A DNA stretch of 25,909 nt from an uncultured delta proteobacterium (GCA_963729715.1 CAVSPA010000017.1:1-25909), one strand, 5' to 3'. Numbered from the stretch's first letter, positions 1 through 8,931 are shown. Translations and numbers: made by a program. Notes: generated from the sequence alone by a model not told the origin.

Positions 1-93
1 CACCACGTAACCTTCGGTTACTTTCTCGGAAATTCAATCACCATTTACAACGGCAAGCACCCTGAAATCATATGTTCTCAGTGCGGCCATTAA
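1..93 (+). CDS. 3' end of hypothetical protein (HHVTFGYFLGNSITIYNGKHPEIICSQCGH*), partial
   Basis: Open frame 1 from the window start to TAA at 91-93; C-terminal CxxC; same strand as all downstream genes. Confidence 0.55.
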   Translation, partial: HHVTFGYFLGNSITIYNGKHPEIICSQCGH

Positions 94-143
94 CGTCAAT
101 TTACATCATTTAACATCAAATAACATCGGAAGGAGAAAAGCAC

Positions 144-368
144 ATGACGATAGAGCTTAATAAAAAAGGCGATCCTATAGGAACCGAACGAGGCTTGAAA
201 GTGACGGCAGTAATTACTTCCCGAAAAGGAAAGGCTGTCAAGTTCGAAGGGCTCAAAGGACTCTTCACTCTTTCAGGCGCCCTCAGGCTGATAAAAACGG
301 AATGCATTGAAAAATGCATTGTGACCCTCGACCTGGCGCGTATGAAAGTTGTTGGAGTACGCCTCTAA
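144..368 (+). CDS. Hypothetical basic protein (74 aa)
   Basis: ORF with AAGGAG RBS upstream of the ATG. Confidence 0.7.
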   Translation: MTIELNKKGDPIGTERGLKVTAVITSRKGKAVKFEGLKGLFTLSGALRLIKTECIEKCIVTLDLARMKVVGVRL

Positions 369-480
369 ATCGGGACCTGATAGGTATCCCCGCCACACAA
401 ATACTCAACAAATACTCCGAGACCATCCTGGAGTAAAATTCACACTACATAACTGAATAAAGAAAAAACAGGAGGATTTT

Positions 481-1218
481 ATGAACGAGGGCATTTTATG
501 CTTACACAAAGGGGCAAAGGCATGTACCAGAGACGAATTGGACCTCATTCCCGTCCCCCCGGAAACAGAAACTTATCAGCCCGTGAGCCATTATGGGTTG
601 ACATCCAAGCTATTGACCATCGCCCGGGACATTCTGACAGGCTTCACCCTGTCAAAAGAATCCTATGGGCTTGCCAGGGAGGGACACCAGCTTTTCGGGG
701 TTCTTCAGTTTAAGAACACCATTGAGGATATCGGCCTTGCCATCGGCTTTCGCAATTCATACGACAAGTCGATGAGTGTCGGCCTTGCGTGCGGTGCGAG
801 TGTGTTTGTGTGTGACAACCTCGCCCTTTCCGGTTCAATTACCATCATGAGGAAACATACCAAAATGGTATGGGTGGAGTTGGAGGAAAAGGCTATAACC
901 ACATGCTACAGAGCACAGCTCAACTATGCGCAGATCCTCGATGATGTGGATAAGTTCAAGGCCTTCCCTTTTAACGACAACGATGCGGGATTCTCCCACA
1001 TGGGGGTGCTTTACGGAAAAGACATCATCAGTCCCAGGCAAATGGCGGTTGCCAAGACCCAATGGCTCAGGCCTCAATACCCGGAATTCAAACCCCGGAA
1101 TGCCTGGAGCCTTTACAACTGCATTACGGAATCACTCAAAACAAGCCCACCCCAGGAAATCATGGAAAAGCATATCGAGCTCCATGATTACTTTAAGAAC
1201 TTTGTGGGAAGCTCCTAG
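481..1218 (+). CDS. DUF932 family protein
   Basis: AGGAGG RBS; motifs GFRNSYDKS, VFVCDNL and C-terminal NAWSLYNCITE are characteristic of DUF932/DUF945-like mobile-element proteins. Confidence 0.85.
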   Translation: MNEGILCLHKGAKACTRDELDLIPVPPETETYQPVSHYGLTSKLLTIARDILTGFTLSKESYGLAREGHQLFGVLQFKNTIEDIGLAIGFRNSYDKSMSVGLACGASVFVCDNLALSGSITIMRKHTKMVWVELEEKAITTCYRAQLNYAQILDDVDKFKAFPFNDNDAGFSHMGVLYGKDIISPRQMAVAKTQWLRPQYPEFKPRNAWSLYNCITESLKTSPPQEIMEKHIELHDYFKNFVGSS

Positions 1219-1222
1219 AGAA

Positions 1223-1609
1223 ATGGCTGCGCCACGTACAAAACCGCGAGTAAAAGAGAGAGCCGACAGTGTTCCGGCAGTGCAAAACGTCCATCACGTC
1301 ATAGATGTCCTGGATAAAGAGACGGAAAGACTTGAGACCAGATTCAACAAACACTTTGGCGACCATGCAATCGGCGACATTCGGTTCAGATATCTCTCCA
1401 TCCTGGCAATATGCCGGGCAGGACTGTTATGCAGGTCAATCAGAGCGATTTCGGACGAAAAGCAGATCGGTGAAATGACACATGAGTTCTGTAACATCAG
1501 GGACGTCCTCGACAGGTTCTTTGATTTCATGGAATCACAAAAAGGGAATAAAGGAGACAAACGCCATGGCAACACCAAAGACAGACAGAGTCTTGCTGCC
1601 GGAGGATAA
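1223..1609 (+). CDS. Hypothetical protein (128 aa, MAAPRTKP...)
   Basis: In-frame ATG 5 nt after the DUF932 stop, within ORF 926..1609. Confidence 0.6.
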   Translation: MAAPRTKPRVKERADSVPAVQNVHHVIDVLDKETERLETRFNKHFGDHAIGDIRFRYLSILAICRAGLLCRSIRAISDEKQIGEMTHEFCNIRDVLDRFFDFMESQKGNKGDKRHGNTKDRQSLAAGG

Positions 1610-1763
1610 CCTCATAGAGGATACGCCGGCAAAAGACGATGAGGAGATCTGCGAGAACTGCGGCAATGTCTTCAGGATCGAGTTGTTGAAAATCGGAGAC
1701 GACTACAACGATTTCGGACACAGATATTGTCCTTACTGCGGTCTTCTGACCAATGAATGTTAA
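1566..1763 (+). CDS. Small zinc-ribbon protein
   Basis: AAGGAG RBS; CENC...CPYC motif pair. Confidence 0.7.
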   Translation: MATPKTDRVLLPEDNLIEDTPAKDDEEICENCGNVFRIELLKIGDDYNDFGHRYCPYCGLLTNEC

Positions 1764-1788
1764 TTTTCATCAAAAGAAAGGTGATCGT

Positions 1789-2097
1789 ATGCAGAACATA
1801 TCCGATCGACCAGCCGTGCCGTGTTGCAAATATCAGGACGTAGCAATAGGTCTGGGACACGGACGCGGCAGAAGGATAACCGAGCACGATGTAAAGTATG
1901 TCGAAAACCGCGAAGACCAACCTCCTGCAGGATACCCTTTTGCATACAGCCTCAGGGGATCCGATTATGATTTCGGGAAACCGGTCACCGTTGAGAGAAG
2001 GGTTGTCGTCAACTTCTGCGGACGGATTTTTTCAAAAGAGGAAATCCTGAAGCCCGAGGAAGACTTCTTACCCATAAAGTACTTCTGTTACGAGTAA
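1789..2097 (+). CDS. LPD28 domain protein (large polyvalent protein-associated domain 28)
   Basis: Motif YSLRGSDYDFGKPVTVERRVVVNFCG matches the LPD28 pattern YxLRxxDxxxxxPxTIExxVxVNFxG; AAAGGTG RBS. Confidence 0.7.
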   Translation: MQNISDRPAVPCCKYQDVAIGLGHGRGRRITEHDVKYVENREDQPPAGYPFAYSLRGSDYDFGKPVTVERRVVVNFCGRIFSKEEILKPEEDFLPIKYFCYE

Positions 2098-2110
2098 GAG
2101 ATACATCTTA

Positions 2111-2947
2111 ATGTTAGCCAACGTTCTACACGCCATAAACGGCGTTGACCCGCAGGAAATTCCCTATAAGCCGCACCCGTCGTTCGTCGGTGCTAAAAAC
2201 AGATGCCTGCGAGCGACTGTATACTGGCGTATGGGAATCCCGCGAACACTCGCCGATCGGGCACAGAGTCTTTCATGCGAGCACAAAGCGCTGAGAGAGC
2301 TCACCCTGCGGACGATACGCGAGAAATCAGCTTATCGTCTATCGTGTGAGAATACGCGGGTACTCTGCGGCCTGGTCGAATTTATGGGCAATAAGGAATA
2401 TCCGCTGGAAGCCGATATCGACGGCGTCCTGACGGATATGATGAACAGACGCTACCTGCTGCAGATTGAGCCGGTTGTACAGAAAGCCTTTGAAGAACTA
2501 TTGGAAGGCGAAACGTACCTCGAAGAATTGATAAAGTGCTGTTTCCTGATGAAAGGGGCCGGATTGACGCAATGTGTTCTTCTCTTCAAGAACAAGAACA
2601 CGTCCGCGTACCTGGATTTCCTGCTTGGCTACGACTGCAAGGCGGATTTCCTGGAAATTCTGTCAGCTTCATCTTCACAGGGAGACCTGATTACACCTCT
2701 TGAAAACCAGTTCACCGGATTATACAGAGCCGGCATTGAATGGTTTGAAAAAGTGGAGGAATTCGCAAATTCTTCCATACTGCCGCCGCGCTCTTTCTCC
2801 CGTACTTCCTGGCAGTGCTCCTACTGTTCCTATGGCAACTTATGCCGGCAGGATGAGGGTAAATTCACAAACCCGCTGCCCATGCCATGGTCTTCTCTGA
2901 TCCGGCGGGTATCAAACGGGATGTCAACATGTATCAGGCAAGAATAA
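2111..2947 (+). CDS. Cas4-like PD-(D/E)XK-fold protein, catalytic motif degenerate
   Basis: N-terminal PS...C-L-R, central IDGVL, KNKNT, and C-terminal WQCSYCSYGNLC (1+3 Cys Fe-S pattern). The expected E-x-K reads Q-I-E. Confidence 0.7.
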   Translation: MLANVLHAINGVDPQEIPYKPHPSFVGAKNRCLRATVYWRMGIPRTLADRAQSLSCEHKALRELTLRTIREKSAYRLSCENTRVLCGLVEFMGNKEYPLEADIDGVLTDMMNRRYLLQIEPVVQKAFEELLEGETYLEELIKCCFLMKGAGLTQCVLLFKNKNTSAYLDFLLGYDCKADFLEILSASSSQGDLITPLENQFTGLYRAGIEWFEKVEEFANSSILPPRSFSRTSWQCSYCSYGNLCRQDEGKFTNPLPMPWSSLIRRVSNGMSTCIRQE

Positions 2948-3162
2948 AGGAAGAATTGTGGAGACGCGGTCATGGAGATATCGATCCCCGGCATATCGAA
3001 GCATACATGAGACTTGAATATGGCACGTTGGATCATCTGACCGCCGAGAAATTTCGCCACGAAATCGGCGTCTGCATTGCATGTGTATTGCAGGATGGTG
3101 TTATCAATGCCGAAAGCCTGGCCAGATCTTTTGGCCTAAACCCAAAAAAACGAGGTCTATGA
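2929..3162 (+). CDS. Hypothetical protein (77 aa, DPRHIEAYMRLEYGTLDHL)
   Basis: Overlaps the upstream stop and has an ATGA overlap with the next gene. Confidence 0.7.
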   Translation: MYQARIKEELWRRGHGDIDPRHIEAYMRLEYGTLDHLTAEKFRHEIGVCIACVLQDGVINAESLARSFGLNPKKRGL

Positions 3163-3569
3163 ATACTGTTGATAATGCAATTGCCGAGGTAATTGAACTC
3201 GACGAACAGGACAAGTTTATCCAAGACAACATTGGAAAAGACGGATTGCTGATGGGTAAAGACGGCATAGAGGTTGTGACGATGCATTTTGATTACCCAG
3301 AGGTAAAGGGAACTGTTGCTTTGCGAAGATCAGGATCCGGTGCCGAAATATGGGTAAACGGAAAGTGCATCGGGCTTCTCGATCTTTTTCATCTGTCCGA
3401 CGTATCCGAGGAAACAGGGGAAAACCCCTATTTCCAAATCGCGGTGGACGATCCCTTTGGCATCGGCGAAAACGTTGCGTTCTTAAAATTTAAGGAAGCA
3501 AAGATTGAATTTTTGTCAGAGTGGCCCTTTGCATCGGAAAAACCGCTTTGGGTCTGTAAAGATGAGTAA
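3159..3569 (+). CDS. Hypothetical acidic protein (136 aa)
   Basis: GAGGT RBS and ATGA coupling. Confidence 0.7.
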   Translation: MNTVDNAIAEVIELDEQDKFIQDNIGKDGLLMGKDGIEVVTMHFDYPEVKGTVALRRSGSGAEIWVNGKCIGLLDLFHLSDVSEETGENPYFQIAVDDPFGIGENVAFLKFKEAKIEFLSEWPFASEKPLWVCKDE

Positions 3570-3571
3570 CT

Positions 3572-4195
3572 ATGCTGAATTTCAACAGCGAAAACCACCT
3601 CTATACGTGGAACGGTTCACCGGTCCCGTCCGTGACGCAAGTCATCGGCACGTGGACGAAGATCACCATTGGCAGGAGAGAGTATTATTATTCTCCTTAT
3701 ACCGGCGACATCGTTGAACCGGAGATAATGGAAAAAGCGTCCGACTGGGGTATAGCCGTTCATCAGGTTGTCGCGATTGTTTTGAGCGGCGACGACATTG
3801 ACGAAACCGAAGCGCCCCCGGAGCTCGTGGAAGTAAGGAACGAAGTCAGGAAGTGGCAGGATATATATAAGCCGGAAATAGTCTCTGTAGAACAACCTTG
3901 CTACTCCGCCAGGTACCGTTATGCCGGAACCCCCGACATCGTTTGTCGGATAGGCGTTTCCGAAGGCATAGTCGATATCAAAACCGGCGGGAGCGAGACC
4001 GTTGGAATACAGACTGCGGCGTACTGTCAGATGGTGTACGGCAGATACGTCAGGAGATGGCTTATGAAGATATCCAAGCCGCGAGACCCGATAAGATTGG
4101 AATTCACGGAGATCAAGTCTCATTTCGTGTCAGACTGGTCCGTGTTTCTATCCCTGTTAAACGTCTACAACTACAGGCTCGCCTCAGCAGCGTAA
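3572..4195 (+). CDS. Phage-type PD-(D/E)XK exonuclease (Cas4/RecB-like)
   Basis: PSVTQVI, GIAVH, E...YAGTPD, IVDIKTG and QTAAY motifs all intact. Confidence 0.85.
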   Translation: MLNFNSENHLYTWNGSPVPSVTQVIGTWTKITIGRREYYYSPYTGDIVEPEIMEKASDWGIAVHQVVAIVLSGDDIDETEAPPELVEVRNEVRKWQDIYKPEIVSVEQPCYSARYRYAGTPDIVCRIGVSEGIVDIKTGGSETVGIQTAAYCQMVYGRYVRRWLMKISKPRDPIRLEFTEIKSHFVSDWSVFLSLLNVYNYRLASAA

Positions 4196-4214
4196 TAAAA
4201 ATTAATCAAATTCA

Positions 4215-4268
4215 GAGGCTCCTATTTCCATGTCGGATGATCTTCATCTGCATGGAACGGTATGCCTC
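4215..4268 (+). promoter_or_regulatory. Long imperfect intergenic hairpin upstream of an RBS
   Basis: Nested stems GAGGC/GCCTC, TTCCATG/CATGGAA and GGATGA/TCATCT; no U-tract. Confidence 0.5.
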
Positions 4269-4290
4269 GAACAAAATGAAAGGTGGAATC

Positions 4291-4686
4291 ATGTGCAAAG
4301 CAATAAAAGAAGAGGGTTTATGGGAAGGTGCGGAGATTATTTTCTCTTACACAAGGGCCCAGGCAATAGAAGACGGAGTCCTTGTCGACCTGTCAGGGCC
4401 GTTCCCAATCGACACCCGGGTTTTCAAGTATCCGGTAGCCTGTACCTCCGCGGTATGGCAGCTCATCGAGGATGCCCATGAAAAATCGGGACAGGAATAC
4501 GGGGCAACCGTATGGGATATCTGCTTCATGGCCGTCAACTGCCAAATAAAGCAGATAGATCCTTCGACAGTATTGTTCAGAGTCGGTATCCCTCTAGGCG
4601 GGAAAGAGCATACATTGAAGATCGTATGCGGCCCCGGAGATGACGGAAAACCCGTAATGACGGTAATGCTGCCTTACGAAGATTGA
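4291..4686 (+). CDS. DUF6573 family protein
   Basis: Signature IFSYTRAQAIEDGVLVD and C-terminal GPGDDGKPVMTVMLPYED. Confidence 0.85.
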   Translation: MCKAIKEEGLWEGAEIIFSYTRAQAIEDGVLVDLSGPFPIDTRVFKYPVACTSAVWQLIEDAHEKSGQEYGATVWDICFMAVNCQIKQIDPSTVLFRVGIPLGGKEHTLKIVCGPGDDGKPVMTVMLPYED

Positions 4687-4696
4687 GCGGTTCAAG

Positions 4697-4882
4697 ATGG
4701 AAAACAGAATAATCGTTGTTGTCCGCGGCGGTCTTGTCCAAGCCATATACGCGAGTAATCCGCATGACGTTAATATTGACGTGCTGGATTACGACAATAT
4801 GCAAGTGGAAGACGACCCGGATGAAATTCAACGCATGAAGAGCCTGGAAATAGAAACCGAAAGCCTGACTGCAATCTATTAA
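4697..4882 (+). CDS. Small hypothetical phage-type protein
   Basis: IIVVVRGGLVQ...VLDYDN motif commonly seen in mobile-element small proteins. Confidence 0.7.
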   Translation: MENRIIVVVRGGLVQAIYASNPHDVNIDVLDYDNMQVEDDPDEIQRMKSLEIETESLTAIY

Positions 4883-4945
4883 CGATTTCACGTCCGGCTG
4901 GACTGTGTTTCTGTCTATTTCAAAAAAACAATCAAATACATCTAA

Positions 4946-4997
4946 AGGCGCCTGTTTCGATTATGGGGATTTCCCTGCCTGAACGAAGCGGTCGCCT
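4946..4997 (+). promoter_or_regulatory. Long imperfect intergenic hairpin abutting an RBS
   Basis: AGGCG/CGCCT, CTGTTTCG/CGAAGCGG (with G-U pairs) and GGG/CCC; immediately followed by GAAAGGAG. Confidence 0.45.
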
Positions 4998-5011
4998 GAA
5001 AGGAGAACATC

Positions 5012-5182
5012 ATGAAAGCATGGATAGGCTATCGCAAAAATGGCCCCCAAGAGGGATCGCTGTGCATATACGCGGAGACACGCGGGAAAGCAAGAGCCAT
5101 TGCTGCATCTATGATGTCGATTAGTTTCATCGATGCATTGGTCTCAAGATTTTCCAGCTGCGACCGCTATTACGAAAACTGA
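5012..5182 (+). CDS. Small hypothetical protein (56 aa, MKAWIGY...YAETRGKARAIA), not in the ORF track
   Basis: Strong AAAGGAG RBS; open for 57 codons; AETRGKA motif common in phage small proteins. Confidence 0.7.
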   Translation: MKAWIGYRKNGPQEGSLCIYAETRGKARAIAASMMSISFIDALVSRFSSCDRYYEN

Positions 5183-5199
5183 GACAGTAAGGTGAATTT

Positions 5200-5808
5200 A
5201 TGCAAAGCACTTCAAATCAATCAGCTCTGCCAACCCTGAATGAGCGTCTGGAAGAAAAGCCTATCGGCAGATTGCCGGTTGTGAAAAGCTTCCGGAAAGT
5301 AATCGAGTCCCGCAACATGGAAGAAATGACCAAAGAGCTTTACGATTTCCTGAACCTCTACTGCGGTTTTATCGCCCATTACAATATCCATGGGTTTCGT
5401 CAGGCGTATGCGGCTCCGAGGGATTTCACCGATGTGTTCATAAGGCATTTTGACAGGGAGCACCGGTATTTTAACGCCGCCTATCGCTGTCATGAAGAGC
5501 CTTATCGGGACACGGGGTTTACCAAGGCAGAGATTAAACAGGAGTTCTCCCGCATCGTGGAGAAGCATAAGGAAGCAATATCAAGGTGGGCCGACGGAGT
5601 GGAAAAGGACCGCCGCTATGCCGCATTCCTTGTGCTGAAAAACGAATTCGAGGGAAATGAAAGAAATGTCCGCATGGAATGCGAACTGTGCGGGGAAAAC
5701 ATCGACGTTTTGATCAGACAAAAGAGCGAGGCCAATCGCGCCCTGGAAAACCTGTGTTGCATATTCTGCGGGGAGCCCGTTCACATAAAGGGAGAAGTCA
5801 ATGGATAA
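5200..5808 (+). CDS. Hypothetical protein with C-terminal zinc ribbon
   Basis: AAGGTG RBS; TKELYDFLNLYCGFIAHY motif; CELC...CIFC. Confidence 0.75.
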   Translation: MQSTSNQSALPTLNERLEEKPIGRLPVVKSFRKVIESRNMEEMTKELYDFLNLYCGFIAHYNIHGFRQAYAAPRDFTDVFIRHFDREHRYFNAAYRCHEEPYRDTGFTKAEIKQEFSRIVEKHKEAISRWADGVEKDRRYAAFLVLKNEFEGNERNVRMECELCGENIDVLIRQKSEANRALENLCCIFCGEPVHIKGEVNG

Positions 5809-6634
5809 TTCACAACAGGATCTGCTCGGTGCGGCAGGCCAGGGAAAGAATGATCTGCAGCAACAACTCGTACCCGTAATAACGCGAGCAAAGACAATAA
5901 TAGTCAGTTCTGACGCAGAACTTGTTATTGCGAAAGAAGTTGTGCAGACAATCAAGACTTTCCAGAAAGAAGTCGACTCGACGTTCGATCCGATCATCGA
6001 AAGGGCTCACGTTACGCATAAAGAGGCCCTGGCGCAGAAAAAGAAACACATGGATCCGCTGGCGGAGGCGGAAAAACGCATCAAGCAGCTTATCGGCGAT
6101 TATCTCACTTTCGTTGAAAACGAAAGGAAGAAGGAAGCCGAGAGGCTGGCCGGGATTGCCAGGAAAGAGCGAGAGATCGAACTCCAGAGGATCCAGTCGG
6201 AGATTGATGAAAAACTTACTCAATATACCGGGATAGAGGAAAAGATCGGGGCGCTTCAAGAGGCTTTAGCCGATGCCGATCATGACAAGTTCGCGCTGGT
6301 CAATGCAAAACTTGCAGCCCTGTATGCAGAGCAGGAAAAGCTCACAAGCGAGGCTGCGGAGAAGCAGGAATCGGTAAACGTCCTTAATCTCATTCCCTCT
6401 CCGGTCATAAATGTACAGGCGCCGAAGGTCAAGGGCCTCAGTTCCAAAGTGAATCTGATCCCGCAGGTAGTCAATGCGATGGCGCTGATAAAAGCGGTAG
6501 CAGAAGGGAATGTACCTCCATCTGTTATAGACTTCAACATGTCTAACATAAAGAAACTGGTCAACGCAGGCATGAAGCTGCCCGGTGTAACGGTTACCGA
6601 ACAGCGGAATGTATCGGTACGCAGCGCCGGCTAA
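5801..6634 (+). CDS. Coiled-coil phage-type protein (277 aa)
   Basis: GGAG RBS; long E/K/A-rich heptad region; C-terminal LPGV. Confidence 0.75.
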   Translation: MDNSQQDLLGAAGQGKNDLQQQLVPVITRAKTIIVSSDAELVIAKEVVQTIKTFQKEVDSTFDPIIERAHVTHKEALAQKKKHMDPLAEAEKRIKQLIGDYLTFVENERKKEAERLAGIARKEREIELQRIQSEIDEKLTQYTGIEEKIGALQEALADADHDKFALVNAKLAALYAEQEKLTSEAAEKQESVNVLNLIPSPVINVQAPKVKGLSSKVNLIPQVVNAMALIKAVAEGNVPPSVIDFNMSNIKKLVNAGMKLPGVTVTEQRNVSVRSAG

Positions 6635-6654
6635 ATAAAGTTGGAGTAGCTTGC

Positions 6655-6696
6655 ATGGCAAGACTGCATCACATGGAATTGGAAGAACGGAGATAG
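6655..6696 (+). pseudogene. Truncated 5' remnant (MARLHHMELEERR*) of the gene at 8059-8358
   Basis: GGAG RBS. 6664-6691 matches 8083-8110 at 25/28 nt and encodes LHHMELEER versus LYHMELEER. Confidence 0.65.
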
Positions 6697-6699
6697 CCT

Positions 6700-7710
6700 A
6701 TGTTTGGAAATAGGGGGCTTACGTCTATCCTATCGGGAAAATGTAATGGCAGGAGTATCCATGATCATCTGATGAATGGCAGAATCACCATAAGTGGTAC
6801 TGATGAAAATAACAAACCATTCCAGAGAATTGTAATGATCAAAAACGGAGAGGTCTGGGACAATAAATTGCAACATGACGGTAAAAGTGTTCATCATATC
6901 GTTTATGGTGCATTTGAGTCTAAGCGAGGGGAAAAGGGGCGAGAAATTGTCCATTTCAAAAAAGGCAGTGGAACCGGCAGACACGGAAAAGCCCGAAGGC
7001 ATGAGAAAATATTCGGCATGAAGGGAGTATGCCATAGCTGGTATAAAAACGGACGCTTAGTACGACAGAAATTCATTTACGACAACAAAAAGACTGCCTA
7101 TGATTACAACGCTTTTCGTAAAACTTGCACAATAAGGGACAATGCCGGCAAAATCCTCTATGAAATAACAGGCGTTCTCAATGGAAGAATGAACGCTTAT
7201 TTCGGTGGTCATTCAGTATTCCATAAGAGTATGACCGATTGGTTTTGTGACGCTCATCCCTTTGTGGTCAAGAAAAACGGAGTCATCATTTATGCAGGGC
7301 AGATTAAAAATCAGCAGCGAGTCGGCAAGTGGGTCGAAAATGGGAAAATCTTTTTCTATGAACGCGGCGTAGCCATACCTAAAAAATTGTATGAAACGCC
7401 CCCTGATAAGCTCGATCCCCTTAAAATCCTACAACTCTCCAATGCTCAACTCCGTATGGCTCTTATGGCGAAAATTAGTCCAGAAAGAATTGCTGAAATA
7501 GGAACAGTAATACACAAAAATCGGGAAATGTGCCTTTATGACATACCGAAATATGAGGTGCGTATCCTGCGGGTGCAATGCCCGACAACAAAAAGCTACT
7601 ATTTTCTAAAAGTGCCAAAGGATTCCCAAAAGTGTGAACAAGCCCGACAATGGACATTTCATGTCGGCATAGATTTTGAGAAACCGATCAAGTTCGCGGT
7701 AGAAACATAG
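6700..7710 (+). CDS. DUF6745-domain protein with MORN/YwqK-like N-terminal repeats
   Basis: C-terminal NAQLRMALM...LRVQCPTTKSYYFLKVP...ARQWTF resembles DUF6745. GVCHSWYKNGRL and RVGKWVENGK resemble MORN-variant repeats. Confidence 0.7.
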   Translation: MFGNRGLTSILSGKCNGRSIHDHLMNGRITISGTDENNKPFQRIVMIKNGEVWDNKLQHDGKSVHHIVYGAFESKRGEKGREIVHFKKGSGTGRHGKARRHEKIFGMKGVCHSWYKNGRLVRQKFIYDNKKTAYDYNAFRKTCTIRDNAGKILYEITGVLNGRMNAYFGGHSVFHKSMTDWFCDAHPFVVKKNGVIIYAGQIKNQQRVGKWVENGKIFFYERGVAIPKKLYETPPDKLDPLKILQLSNAQLRMALMAKISPERIAEIGTVIHKNREMCLYDIPKYEVRILRVQCPTTKSYYFLKVPKDSQKCEQARQWTFHVGIDFEKPIKFAVET

Positions 7711-7721
7711 GGGGATATAAA

Positions 7722-8051
7722 ATGATTATATACGAAAAGGCATACCGGCAGGGGGAAATCCTGATTTTCAAGGTTAAGAAACTTCCTGCGAGTTACGCCT
7801 ATAACGCCAGGCCAATCCCAAATGGGGTGATCCGCGAAGGTGAAAAGGAAGGACATGAACATAAGGTTGAGGGTGGAAGCGCTCAACTTTCCCTGTTTGG
7901 TGATGGTGAAACAGGAACGCTAAAGGTGGATAAAGCTACGACCATCACGCATCCGGAACACAAAAGCATCAAACTTCCAAAGGGTGAATATGTCGTAAAA
8001 GTTCAGAAAGAAGCAACAGGAAAACACACCCATTCTTCTGTGAAGGATTAA
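7722..8051 (+). CDS. His-rich small beta protein, usual genomic partner of DUF6745
   Basis: RQGEIL...EGEKEGHEH...HPEHKSIKLPKGEYVVKVQKE fits the RQGDV...GExTGHxH...HxEHxxIxLPxGxYxVxxQREY family. Confidence 0.8.
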   Translation: MIIYEKAYRQGEILIFKVKKLPASYAYNARPIPNGVIREGEKEGHEHKVEGGSAQLSLFGDGETGTLKVDKATTITHPEHKSIKLPKGEYVVKVQKEATGKHTHSSVKD

Positions 8052-8058
8052 AAAAGGG

Positions 8059-8358
8059 GTGAAGAAAAAGGACAGTAGCATGCTGTATCACATGGAGTTG
8101 GAAGAGCGGAACGGCGAGCAGGAATATTCCTACGACTTTCTGATCTACGCAAAAGACGAGGAAGAAGCCTGGGAGATCGCGAGAAATTATGCGCGCACGT
8201 TTTACGGCGAAGATGATTATGCCGGCAACGAAACGGAAAATAACGTGTTTGAATTCATGTGCGGCTGCATAATCGTTGAGATCAAAGGTCTCTATGAAAC
8301 GACGAAAGACATGTTCATTGAACATATGCTCTCTCGTTACACTTTAAACCCCAACTAA
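8059..8358 (+). CDS. Hypothetical acidic protein (start GTG 8059 or ATG 8080), copy 1
   Basis: ORF; duplicated at 12383 with mostly silent changes. Confidence 0.7.
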   Translation: MKKKDSSMLYHMELEERNGEQEYSYDFLIYAKDEEEAWEIARNYARTFYGEDDYAGNETENNVFEFMCGCIIVEIKGLYETTKDMFIEHMLSRYTLNPN

Positions 8359-8379
8359 AGAAAAGAAAGGAGGATCTAC

Positions 8380-8757
8380 ATGGTAAACCAGATAATTTTA
8401 ATTGGCAGGCTCGGCGGCGATCCGGAACTTAAGTATCTGCCGTCAGGGACATCCGTAACCAACTTTTCACTCGCCACGTCTGAGAAGTACAAGAAGGATG
8501 GCGAGATGCAAGAGGTAACGACATGGCATCGCGCGGCGGCTTACGGCCGTCTTGCGGAAGTATGCTCAAAGTATTTGAGAAAAGGGTCGCTGACTTTCAT
8601 ACAGGGAAAGCTCCGCAACAACACGTGGGAAGATGGTGAAGGTAAAAAACATTCGGACCTGCGTGTCATCATTGAAAAAATAGCTTTCCTGGATCCCAAA
8701 AAGGTCCATGAACGCAGCCCCGACGACAGTATACCGGATGATGAAGTGCCCTTCTGA
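8380..8757 (+). CDS. ssb: Single-stranded DNA-binding protein, copy 1
   Basis: MVNQIILIGRLGGDPEL..., TTWHR, GKLR and the acidic tail DDEVPF. Confidence 0.95.
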   Translation: MVNQIILIGRLGGDPELKYLPSGTSVTNFSLATSEKYKKDGEMQEVTTWHRAAAYGRLAEVCSKYLRKGSLTFIQGKLRNNTWEDGEGKKHSDLRVIIEKIAFLDPKKVHERSPDDSIPDDEVPF

Positions 8758-8807
8758 GGCATCACAGCATAAACATCCACGTCTCATCTCCTGAAAGAAC
8801 CCGCAAA

Positions 8808-8875
8808 TTCCTCCAGACAACACTTCATTCCTAGAGCGGTAACACGACCGCAAGGGAAGGCTTTGTCTGGAGGAA
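8808..8875 (+). promoter_or_regulatory. 68-nt hairpin between ssb and the Gp3-like gene, copy 1
   Basis: Perfect 13-bp stem TTCCTCCAGACAA/TTGTCTGGAGGAA with inner GCGGT/ACCGC. Confidence 0.65.
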
Positions 8876-8931
8876 AGGAAGGATCAAAATGCATTACAGA
8901 AAAGAGAAGACGGTATACAAAGGAGAAAGTA

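Noticed and set aside
7..21. Hairpin GTAACC-TTC-GGTTAC
   Set aside because: Lies inside a probable coding frame; short, with no U-tract.
397..417. ACAAATACTC tandem repeat as an iteron or operator
   Set aside because: Only two 10-bp copies, with no supporting rep gene or recurrence elsewhere.
2111..4195. CRISPR-Cas locus suggested by the Cas4-like genes
   Set aside because: No repeat-spacer array and no cas1, cas2 or effector genes.
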